60,978 nt of DNA from Leucoraja ocellata (taxonomy: Eukaryota). This document shows positions 23,511 through 34,680 of this stretch, in pieces (position 1 is the first letter of the stretch; each line of letters opens with the position of its first letter). The stretch spans positions 1,054,001 through 1,114,978 of the forward strand of contig JAWMAR010000578.1 of NCBI GenBank assembly GCA_036785375.1, given 5' to 3'. Both the position numbers and the translations under genes were made by a program. Below the pieces are notes generated by a model that was given only the letters and a program-made list of their open reading frames with translations, was not told the DNA's origin and did no database searches.

Positions 23511-23779
23511 TTGGCTTGTCGATGTAGCAGAAACCATACGACACAAGACAGGTGTAGTCATCGTTATCCCCGGCAGGCGGCGTTATTTCCAAATAGCTGC
23601 AAACATAAAAAGGTCCGGCCGTGCTTTCACAGGGTGTTTTTTTTCCGGTCAGAACCTCCATCTCATTTATTCGCCATGCAATTTCAAAGCTCTCTGGTTA
23701 AAGGGCAGACGTTTTACACACGAGGTTACGAGGAGGAGAAATCCTTCAACCGGAACAAATTTTAAGGAAGTTGGTGGAG
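23511..23779 (-). pseudogene. Orphan degenerate C1 exon of the same receptor family
   Basis: tttcag|(A)PPTSLKFVPVEG, then a frameshift, then LVCKTSAL*PESFEIAW...YTCLVSY. In-frame TAA at 23698-23700, a C-terminal deletion, and a 269-nt length that is not a multiple of 3. Confidence 0.85.
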
Positions 23780-25014
23780 CTGAAACCAAATGAAGGCCTT
23801 CTCCATATTTGGATGAACACGTTGTCTCCTTTCTCCCCGCCTAATTGTATAAACTACTTATATTAGTTGGTCGATAAATGTTTTTTTTAACCGTCTGCGT
23901 TTGACGTTATATTATAAATTCTTGCATGGTGGGTAATAAGATGACGTTAATTTTGTGCAATGCACAAACAGGTTGAATCTAAGAACTGATACCATGCTTG
24001 TAAATGAAGCCAACGTGACGAAGATATTAATTGGCATCCAACTGCTGTGCGACACGTAGTAAATATTTGTTAAAAAGAGCTCGTTCAATCACTGTTTATG
24101 TGTCCGATGGATAGGAGCTTAGTGGACTGTGGCGTCGTATAATTGTTCAACGTTCATCGCGCTTAACGAGTTTTAAATTGTATAACGTTGTATAATTGTA
24201 TTGTATATTAATTGTATTTCACGGTTTCGGAAGATATTATCTAATTCAGTGTATTGATATATTTTATATAATAACTACTATATATTATATCTAATAAATT
24301 ACAATGAATACATTGCAAAGGTTCCAATAGTCGTTATTATCAATTTCAACTCAGAACAAATGGCTGCCAATTTTGCCACATGGCTGCCCGTGCAACCAAT
24401 TATATTGGGAGAGCAGAATAGAGGAGAATATTATTTCCTGTCACCAGGTTCAGTAATAACAACGCTTTGTATGTGGTTCAATTTCCATGTTTTCAAAAAA
24501 GGAATGATACATTTAATGCAGCAATCTAATTGATCTGTAGGTTACTTTGTATTACTTCTTTCCAAAATGAACACGTTATTGAACCAGGAACACGGAAGTT
24601 TCAAGAGGACTTTCAGAATATTTAGTTGAAATAAATAAATGACGCACATGCCTTTACCTTTGTTTATGTCCAATACGACGATAGGATTGATCTGCATCAT
24701 AGCTCATTCAAACATATGCAACGCAGACAAAAATGTTGGGGAAACTCCGCGGATGAGGCAGCATCTAAGGCGCGAAGGAAATGGGCAACGTTTCGGGTGA
24801 GGTGCTGCTCCTCCAATTTACGGTGGTCCTCACTCTGGCCATGGAGGAGGCCCAGGACACAAAGATCGGATTCGGAATGGGAGGGGGAGTTGAAGTGCTA
24901 AGCTACTGGGAGGTCAGGGTGGTTATTGCGAACCCAGCGGAGGCGTTCGGTGAAGTGATCGCCAAGCCCACGCTTGGTCTAACCAATGTAGAGCAGCTGA
25001 CATCTAGAAACGTA

Positions 25015-25464
25015 AAAATATAGAAACATAGAAAATAGGTGCAGGAGTAGGCCATTCGGCCCTTCGAGCCTGCACTGCCATTCAATATGGTCATGGCTTA
25101 TCATCCAACTCAGTATCCTGTACCTGCTTTCTCTCCATACCCCCTGATCCCTTTAGCAACAAGGGCCACATCTAACTCCCTCTTAAATATAGCCAATGAA
25201 CTGGCCTCAACTACATTCTGTGGCAGAGAATTCCGGAGATTCACCATTCTCTGTGTAAAAAATGTTTTTCTCATCTCAGTCCTAAAGGATTTCCCCTTTA
25301 TCCTTAAACTGTGACCCCTTGTTCTGGACTTCCCCAACATCGGGAACAATCTTCCTGCATCTAGACTTTCCAACCCCTTAAGAATGTTGTACGTGTCTAT
25401 TAGATCCCCCCTCAATCTTCTAAATTCTAGCGAGTACAAACCGAGTCTATCCAGTCTTTCTTCT
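25015..25464 (-). mobile_element. CR1 3' end inserted in a Penelope element
   Basis: EERLDRLGLYSLEFRRLRGDLI...GTGY, with a TTTCTATG tail. Confidence 0.9.
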
Positions 25465-26035
25465 AGAGCAGCGGATGCAATAGATGAGGTTCGAGGAGGT
25501 GTAGGTGAACCTCTGCCGCACCTGGAAAGACTGCTTGGGTCCTTTAATGGAGTCAAGGTGGGAGGTGAAGCATTTCTTGTGGTTGCAAGGGAAAGTGCCC
25601 GGAGAGGGGGTGGTTCGGGAGGGAGCAGTCTTTGCGGAAAGCAGACAGGGGAGGAGATGGGCAGATGTGGCAAGTGGTGGGATCTCGTTGGAGGTGGCAA
25701 AAATGTCGGAGGATTAGTTGTTGTATGTGACGGCTGTTAGGGTGGAAGGTGAGGACAAGGAGGACTCTGCCTTTGTTACGAGTGGGGGGTTGGGGAGTGA
25801 GAGCAGAGTCACGGGGTATAGAAGCGACCCTGGTGAGAGTCTCATCTATAGTAGAAGAGGGGAACCCCGTTCCCTGAAGAATAAGGACCTCCGATGCCCT
25901 GGTGTGGAACACTTCATCCAGGGTGAAGATGCGGCGTAGACGGAGGAATTGGGAGTAGGGGATGGAGTCCTTACAGGAAGCAGGGTGGGAAGAAGTGTAG
26001 TCCAGATAGCCATGGGAGTCAATGGGTTTATAGTG

Positions 26036-27120
26036 GAAGCGGCGGCGCTGTTGAGCAGCTGCGGCTCGCCTGCAGTCCGTCTGTTTTTACTTTTGTTTGT
26101 TGTTTTTTTGTTTTGTTTTAGCAAAATTTTATTTTATTAGATTGTGTTATGGGGGGGGGGGGACATATTTTTTGTCTCTTCCTTCGGGGGAATGCGACTT
26201 TTTCTTGTCATATCACCCTTCTCTGCCTCCGTCTGCGCTGAGGCCTAATGGCGAAGCTGGCGGTCTCCAACCTGCGACCGACCTCGAGGCTCCGGAAGCA
26301 GAGCCAGCCAGGACTTACAACGCGAGGTTGGCCGACTTCGGGGCTGTGGCGGCAGCGGCCCAACTCGCTGATGCGGCGTTCCAGCTTTCGGCAGCTGGCC
26401 GGAGCTGAGGCTGCGGGTCTCGGATCCGAGGCAGCGGGACTCGGAGCTGATGGAGCGGTGGCCCGACTCGCTGAGGCAGCGGGACTCGGAGCTGATGGAG
26501 CGGTGGCCCGACTCGCTGAGGCAGCGGGACTCGGAGCTGATACAGCGGTGGCCCGACTCGCTGAGGCAGCGGGACTCGGAGCTGATACAGCGGTGGCCCG
26601 ACTCGCTGAGGCAGCAGGACTCGGAGCGGAGGCAGCGGGACTCGGAGCGGAGGCAGCGGGACTCGGAGCTGAGGCAGCGGGACTCGGAGCTGAGGCAGAG
26701 GCAGCGGCACTTGGGGCTGAGGCAGCGGTGGCCCGACTCGCTGAGGCGGCGTTCCAGCTTTCTGCAGCGGCCCGTCTCGGAGCTGAGGCTGTGGCCGGCC
26801 GACTTGGAGCGGAGATGGCGTTCCGGCTTTCAGCAGCAGCGACATCACCACGGAGGTCCGCTGGACTGGAGGGCGGCATCTTCGGCCTGGATCGCCTCAA
26901 CACAGAGGGAGAACAAGGAGGGAAGAGACAGAGACTAAGACTTTTGCCTCCACCACAGTGAGGAGGTGCTTGGTGAACTCACTGTGGTGGATGTTAATTT
27001 GTGTTTATTGTATGTTTTGTTATTTATTATTATTGTGTATGACTGCAGGCAACGAAATTTCGTTCAGACCGAAAGGTCTGAATGACAATAAAGGAATCAA
27101 ATTCAAATTCAAATTCAAAT
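26036..27120 (+). mobile_element. Non-autonomous retroposon with an internal GC-rich minisatellite and an (AAATTC)n tail
   Basis: Interrupts Penelope sequence and ends gacaataaagg..(caaatt)n. Related in layout to the element at 32310-33080. Confidence 0.6.
26400..26830. repeat. Minisatellite with 45-bp and 21-bp units
   Basis: The unit gactcgctgaggcagcgggactcggagctgat(g/a)(g/c)agcggtggccc is repeated, followed by 21-bp gaggcagcgggactcggagc(g/t) units. Confidence 0.9.
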
Positions 27121-28949
27121 GTCGGTCAGGAGACTATCACCTGTGATGGAGAGAGTGAGGTCAAGATATGGTAGGGAAATGTTGGAAATGGTCCAGGTGT
27201 TTTTGAGTGCCCGAGGGAAGTAAGTGGTGAAATGGATGAAGTCAGTGAGTCAGTGAGTTGTGTGTGGGTGCACCAATGCAGTCGTCGATGTAGCAGAGGT
27301 AGAGTTTGGGGATAATGCCATGGTAATTTCAAACATGGATTATTCGATGTACCCTACAAAGAGGCCGGCATAGCTAGGGCCCATGCACGTGCCCATAGCT
27401 ACGTCTTGTATTTGGAGGAAATGGGAGGAGTCAAACGAAAAGTTATTAAGGGTAAGGACCAGCTCCGCTAGGCGGAGGAGAGTATCAGTAGACGGGGATT
27501 GGTTGGTTTTCCGGTCGAGGAAGAAACTGAGGACTTTGAGACGCTCCTATGGGGGATGGAGGTGTAGAGAGACTGGACATCCATGGTGCAGATGAGGAAA
27601 TGGAGAACTAGAAAATGGAAGATGAAGAGCGTGTGAGGTGTCTTGAACATAGGTAGGAAGGGATTTAACCAGGGGGGATAGGATGGAGTCAAGGTATGTG
27701 GAAATAAGTTTGGTAGGACACGAACAGGCAGAAACAATGGGGCTGTGAGGACAGTCAGGTTTGTGGATTTCGGGGAGAAGGTAAAATCGGGCCGTGTGGG
27801 GTGGGGAACGATGAGGTTGGTGGCTTAGGAGGGCAGGGAGCCTGAGTTGATGAAGTCAGTGATGGTGCAAGAGATAGTGGACCGGTGCTCGTCTGTGGGG
27901 CCATGTTCCATGTAGTCCTGGACCACACATCTTCATTCTTCAGGGAACGGCCGTAAGATTGCGGGGTACCGAGGAGACATGAGTGAGGGCCTCATCTATG
28001 ATGGGAATGGGAGACCCCAGTTTCCCAAAGAATGAGGACATCTCGGATGTTCTGGTATGGAATACTTTATGTTGGGAGCAGATGCGACGTTGACGGGGGA
28101 ATTGGGAGTAGGGCATAGAGTCTTTGCAAGAGGCAGGGTGGGAAGACGTGTAGTCGAGATAGTTGTGGGAGTCAGTGGGTTTGAAAAGTTTGCAATAGAC
28201 ATGAAATAGTGTTATTGACTGATGTCTCACAAACCCTGAAATCCCACACGGCAATCCAAGGTGCAGAATTATATAGTAATTTGTAATGTGTTTAACCAAA
28301 GAGCTCACATATTGTGGAAGAATGATGGGAAAAATGGGTAACATAGGGAATTTAAGTAGTGAGCCAATAAATAGATTGATCTTAATTTTTACGTTCCACG
28401 GAATAATCGGTTGAGTTAAAATAATCATTAGAGGTTGTAAACTCAGCCGAAGGCAACACAATCAAAGAGGGAGAAGTAACATTTATTGCACCCATTTGTT
28501 CAACAAATAGGTTTTCTATCGACCAAAGTGAGCATAAAATGCATTGAGCTGATTGGTGAGGGATCCATGATTGCCATCAATACTGGTGAACTTCGCCTTG
28601 TAACATATCATAACACGCAAGCCTTCACACAATCCATGGATGTCTATGCCATTGCCCTAGGAATCTGGCGTGGTCAATTTCCTCTTGACATTCTAAATGG
28701 CTTTGCTGGTGTCGTAGATCAAGGGTTCCCAATCTGGGGTCAATTTACCCCAGGGGGTAAATTTCGCCTACCAAAAGGGTACATTTGTTGATTCTGGATT
28801 TGTACATAATTTTTCTATTTGACTGACTGTGTTTGGTTCTGGTATTTCGGTATCTGGTCATCATTAGTTAATCATAAATAAGTGAAATAACATTTTTATG
28901 TGCTATTAAAGTTGCCAGTGGTAAACGGGATGAAAAAGGTTGGGTACCT

Positions 28950-29580
28950 CTACGTCCTCAGAAGATTGAGAACATTCAATATGTGTATGAATACTCTCCT
29001 AAACTTCTACACATGTATCTCATAGAGTATATTTACGTGTTGCATCATAGCCTGTTTGCTCTAATCATGGAATCTTGGAAACTTTATTGTCATTCAGACC
29101 TTTTGGTCAGAACGAAATTTGGTAATGCCCAGGAAGTGAGGAGATCACAAAGAGTGGTGGACATTGCCTGGTGTATCATGGGTACTGTCCTGCTCACTTC
29201 AAAGGAATTGCCTCAAAGAGGTAACCATCATGGCAAAAGACCCACAGTACCCTGCCATGCTCTCATTTCACTCCTACCATCAGGAGGAATGAATAGAAGT
29301 CTGAAACCCGTGACTGCCTGGTTCAAGAATGGATCCTTCCCAACTGCAATCAAGCTCTTGAACACTGCACAACACCAACCTCAGCTATGGACTACAGACT
29401 GTCTTTGGTTGCATGAAGGACTTCTAGCTTTTTGTACTGATATTGGAGTGATTCGTTTATTGAGCTTTTACTAATTCTATATTATCTATGTTTATTGTGC
29501 TTGAAGTCTTCATTGAGGTCTGTTACACAGCTGCCAGTAATAATGTAATCGTTCCCTTGTTGATTATTATGACAATTGAT
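28950..29580 (+). mobile_element. Old Rex1-type LINE 3' fragment
   Basis: RSQRVVDIAWCI...LISLLPSGG..FKNGSFPTAIKLLN. Confidence 0.65.
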
Positions 29581-30374
29581 CCATGACTCCCTTGACCCCT
29601 TGAATATGGACCAGTCCACAGACTCAAAATAGTCGTTAAGAATCGCATCTGCTTCTTCAGACCAGCATTGCAGGATGTCTGTTCTTGATCGCCTGGTGTC
29701 AACTTCGGCTTGTAGGTCGGGGGCAGAACCACAACCAGTTGGTTGGATTTTCCAAGGTTCAGTGCAGAATGAAGCACGGATTATCTTTGATGGTTGTGTA
29801 CCAATGGTCGAAGGTGATTGGATCTCAGGTTGGTCAGGAAATGCACTGATAGCATTTTAGTAGCAGGCTCTTAAGGTTGCCCTGATTGAAGTTCCTGGGC
29901 ATTAAGAACAAGGCCTTAGGGTATTTCCTTTCAAGGCTATCGGTGAATGTGTGTAGTTCCATGAGTGCAAGATTAGCATTAGCATGTGGTGGGATGAAGT
30001 CAGCTAACAGGATAGTCAATCGGATATCCGGAGGCAGGTAGAATTCATGAAGGTTCATGGTAAAATAATCCCAGTCAGGGAAGCAGGAACTTGACAGGAC
30101 CCCTGAGCCCAAGCACTAAGTTGTGCTAATTAGGAAGCAGACCCCTCCGCCCTTCTGGCCTTGCCCAATGATGCCTTGATGCCCATCTGACGTGGAGAGA
30201 AAGCCTCATGCTGATGCGGTGGTTCGCCATGTCCCTGTCAATCAGAGCATGCAGCAGTCTTAACATTCATCGTCTTTCCTTAAACTAATATATTTATGTT
30301 TAGGTTCATAGAGACCGATTAGCACAGGTATCGTTGTGACCGCTTCAATCAATTGTGCTCATTAGATTTCTAAC

Positions 30375-31160
30375 GGTGAAGTGGTGAGAACATCTCAGAT
30401 GTCCTGGTATGGAGCGCCTCATCTTAGCCACTGATGCGGCATGGATGGAGGAATTGGGAGTAGGGAATAGAGTCTTTGCAGGAGGCAGGGTGGGGAGAAG
30501 AGTAGTCTAGACAGCTGTGGGAGCCAATCATCTTTAGGGAACCGAGGTTCCACTCTTCCATCATAGATGAGGTCCTCACATGGGTCTCCTCAGTATCTCG
30601 CAGCTCCGTCCTTGTTCCATGTCCCCCTAGTCGCAACAGGACCAGTCCCCCTAGTCTTCACCTTTCACTCCACCAGCGTTGGTGCAGCATATAAACCTCC
30701 GACATTGTCGGCATATTCAACGGGATCCCACTATTAACCACTTCTCATTTTCACCCTTTTCCGCTTTCCACAGAGACCCTCCACAGTGCAGGTTCACGTG
30801 CACTTCCTCCCATCTCATCTGTTGTATCCCGGCTGCTCCAAGTGTGGACTAGTATATAATGGCGAGTCCAAGTGCATGCTCGGCGATCGTTTCGCTGAAC
30901 ACCTTCGCTTAATCCGCCTAGGCCTACGCGATCTCTCAATTGCCAAACTCTTTAAAGTCTCCCTCCCATTCCCATACTGATCTTTCACTGCTGGTCCTCC
31001 TCCACTGTCAGAGTGAGGCCCTACTACAGTTGGGTCTGTCATTTTCGTACCTTACCAATCATATCTCTGTCTCCCTCTCCCCGCCTCTCAATCTGAAGAA
31101 GGGTCTCCACTCGAAACTTTCCCTGTCCAACTAAATTACTGCAGCATTTTGTGTCTACCA
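30375..31160. mobile_element. Rearranged Penelope fragment with a GIY-YIG endonuclease remnant
   Basis: CSKCGLVYNGESKCMLGDRFAEHLR on the plus strand, an inverted RT-end piece at 30375-30525, and a terminal ctgaagaagggtc..gaaac motif. Confidence 0.75.
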
Positions 31161-32309
31161 ATATAGGGTGATTTCACGAAAGGTCACTGGAGCGTAGATC
31201 CGCACCCACTGACCGAATTTTTTAACTGGAGGACACTTGGTACTACCGGTACATGTTAGTGAATGGGAAAACACGCACTTTCACACCCGTTAAAAACATC
31301 GAAAACGGCCAGCTTTTGAGCTGCAATTTACTGTGCCAGTCGGGGTGACCGTGAGGCACAGCTACCTAAATTTACAGTCCAAAGAAAAGATAGAAACTAA
31401 GGTAAATTCAAGAGGGAGTTGAAGGTGCAACAGCGGACGTGCTTAGCGGACATTTGTCGTGGAGATTTAAAGATCCAAAATATCGGGAATTATCGCGTTT
31501 GCTTGCTGCATTTCATCAAAAGTAAGGCATTATTGACTTTTTGTATCTTTATTCATTTGTTATATGAAAAGTTTTAAAAGTGAAAAATCCGTCAGTAAAA
31601 TTGCAAAATCGCCCATGGTTCTCAGGTGGGTTTTAACATGCAAAATGAAAACGCTTCTGAAGCTACATTTACCATTTAAATAATCGTAAACTATCAATGC
31701 GTTTTGAAATAAATTTTACTCAGATGCAAGCTAAGGAATGGGATAATTGTCAGCTGTTAGTTGGACAAAATTAGGACATTTTATTATTTGCCAAAATATA
31801 TTTCTCAATGTTTCTTGTTTAAAGCCTGCACAATCACCCAAACTATTTATTTATTTATTTATTTATTTATCATCTAATAACAGACAAGCCTGCAGCATGG
31901 AATGATGTCAACAATCCTGATTTTGGCAAATAATAAAATGTCCTACTTTTGTCAGATAACATCTCTGGAGAGAAGGAATGAATGGGTTTCAGACCATTTA
32001 TTCAGGCTTTTTAGGAGACTGAAGAAATGCGGCCTGTCTCCAAGCTAATCTCATTGGATGACATTCGAAATAAAGCTTTTCACTGTACCTCGGCACACAT
32101 GAGAATAATAAACCTAAACTAAACCTAAACCCAAACCGAAACATGTTATATCAACGTTAATATAATCGAGGGAAAGGGCAGGTAAATACTTAAGATAGAA
32201 CTTACAGAACTTCGAATTTGAAATACGAACGTTTCAATGCACCGTTTGAATCATTCGTCAAGTCACGGGCTGATTGACAACCGCTTTGATTAAACAACAA
32301 TATATTTCA

Positions 32310-33080
32310 TAAGGTTCATAAAGTTCATAAGATTCATTTATTGTCACAAACACCAATTGGTGTAGTGAAATTTCAGGGCCAGGTCAGTCATACGTTAAAA
32401 AAAAGCAACAGACTCAAAAAACACATTTTAACATAAACATCCATCACAGTGACTCCTACACATTCCTCACTGTGATGGAAGGCGAAATAAAGTTCAAGTC
32501 CTTCCCTTTTTGTTCTTCTTGGTCGGGGGCCTCGAGCTCTCCGTTGACGGAACGGTCTTGACTCCCATTCGGGCCCTCCGCATCGAGGCGTTCAGCTCCC
32601 GCATCGGGGGGATGTCAGCTCCCCCGAGCCGGGCGATCGAATCTCGCGTCGGGGCTGGACGAACCATCTGCGGAGTTGGAGCTCCCGACTCAGCCTCCCC
32701 CGATACTGCGAGCCCTTGATGGTAAGTCCGCAGGCCGCGCTGGGAACGATCCCAGGCAAGGGATCCGCTCCGATGGTAACTCCGCGCCCCGCGGTGGGGC
32801 TCACAACAGTCCGAGGCGGTTTTTCAACTCCACCGATGGTAGGCCGCAGAACCCGGAAAATGTGATCCGAAACTTGATCACCTCTCCCGGAAGGTAAGAA
32901 CCCGAAAAAAAAAAGATTCCTTGACCAACCCCCCCCCCCACCCCTCCCCCCCGCCCCCCCCCCCCCCCACCCCGCCACATAAAACAAACAGAAGAACATC
33001 AAAACAAACTTCAAACAAACGCTAAAAATACCAGAAAGGATGAAAAAACGAACAGACTGCCGGCAAGGCTGCCATCTCCT
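32310..33080 (-). mobile_element. Non-autonomous GC-rich retroposon related to the 26036-27120 element
   Basis: Shares the 5' layout (cagtc(t/c)gt, TG/T-rich tract, poly-G) and the 3' layout (cacagtgagga...gacaataaa plus a short-repeat tail). Confidence 0.55.
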
Positions 33081-33466
33081 TCCTCCGGCGATCCCTACTA
33101 TTTAAACGATTGCATAACGTGGCATTAACTTTGAGACATCGTTCATGAAAAAAAGTTATCACTAGAGGACATTGCGATACTTTGATGATATTTTGCCATG
33201 TGCAAACTTTTTTATTGAATAAAATGACATATATAAGCAAGGGCACGTGTTTATTTTTAAAAAATCGGTTTTAAATCGCTTGCTTCGCTTTCCGCATCAA
33301 AACACGGACCATTTAGAGGGTCAACAACAATTTCCGACAACTAATCACAATATGCAAAGTGAAAGCGAGGACTGTCTTTGCGCGTGTATTTTATTGTGAT
33401 CATTGCTCCTTGATGTGCAGACCGTGGGGAAAAAAAATCTTAATCCACGGAATAGTCTTTCGCTTC

Positions 33467-34680
33467 TCAACTTCTCGCTTTCCTTGAAACCTTTACACCC
33501 GCGTACATTGAGTATTTGTCATTGTGCTTAGATAGCGATGTTTCCTTGGAGTTGGAAAGCTGCAGGGAGGTGTAAGTCAGCTTGTCATCTACGCCTCGTT
33601 TGGTCTGTGAAATAAATTCAATATTGCCTGTTAACGCATCGTACAGTGACTTGGGAAAACAATCGATTTTCCAATACGATTGGAATATAACCAACAATTA
33701 TCATTTCTAGATTGCAGATAACGCCTTTCTTGCTCTAGCAGTGTAACACAAATATTAATGAAACATTTTCAATTTTATTCTCTCCACTTTGCCATCAACA
33801 CTTCGCTCACTCCTAGGTTATACCACTTGCCTAAACACGGGACATTTTAAGTGTCTAATTAGCCTACCACCCCTCACGTGATTCGAGATGTGCGAAGAAT
33901 TAGGAGCACCTCGGGAAACCCGCGAGGATGTAACAAATAACGTTCAAACATCACACTGACAGCACATACGGCCAGGATGCGTTTTACCTTGTGGCTGGAT
34001 ATACGAGGCCAAGCCATAATATCTCTCTCACTGTGTGATCTTCGTTAGATAATATGGAAATACTGCAAAGAGTGCTTGTCATATGTCCCAGATAGAACTG
34101 AAATTCTTACTTGCAGCAGCACGACAGAATAAGTAAACATAGTACTCTGTAAATAATATAATAAACCTCTCTGAGGTCCAGAGCCATCCTGCCACCTGTC
34201 CTTTATTGTGGATTTCCTGAATTCAGATTTCAATCTGTTCCGAATCACTGTCAGAATTTCTCATATTTCGTGGCGCTGGATATGCCCGTTGGCTGTTCCC
34301 CATCTTGTCTGTTTCTTAATTTCCCATTAATTTTGGACAGCATTCTACATTAAACCCGGGAAAAGAGATACATGGATGGCGTCGTGCAGCGGAATGTGTT
34401 GTTCGGCTCTATCTGGTTTCAACGTTGCAATTGGAAATTCGCCATTACGGCTTTTCCACAGTCGGACAAGGTCAACATTATGTTCACGTTACTTCATAAT
34501 CAATAGAAATAATTTCCTTTAAGCTGATATTTCCTTGGAATTATTTTCGTGCAAATACTTTTCCCTTACCTCGGCATAGACAACATTCTCTTCCTTTCGT
34601 CGATATTTGGTCATTTTTTTGCCATCACTCAAGTTTAGTGTTGCGTAGGCAGAGGCATCTTCACTTGACGCTTGCCGAAC
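33467..34680 (-). CDS. Gene B distal cytoplasmic exons (34570-34680 and 33467-33604) carrying ITIMs
   Basis: VRQASSEDASAYATLNLSDGKK...VVYAE | TKRGVDDKLTYTSLQ...KYSMYAGVKVSRKARS*. Confidence 0.87.

Larger units (their letters stand above)
25465..28200 (-). mobile_element. Penelope-like retroelement fragments (RT C-terminus/linker), interrupted by the 26036-27120 element
   Basis: FKPTDSHNYLDYTSSHPASCKDS(M/I)PYSQF..RRICS, TMDVQSLYTSIPH and VLTFHP motifs. Confidence 0.8.

Noticed and set aside
25110-25700. 196-aa chimeric ORF
   Set aside because: A chance fusion of an off-frame Penelope fragment with a CR1 3' end.
26208-26961. Four long overlapping ORFs (162-237 aa, Ala/Pro/Arg-rich)
   Set aside because: They are a by-product of a GC-rich minisatellite with unit lengths divisible by 3, inside a mobile element.
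31160-31960. Possible DNA-transposon fragment starting TAGGGTGATTTCACGAAAGG
   Set aside because: No matching second terminus or coding remnant was found in the window, so it cannot be classified from sequence alone.
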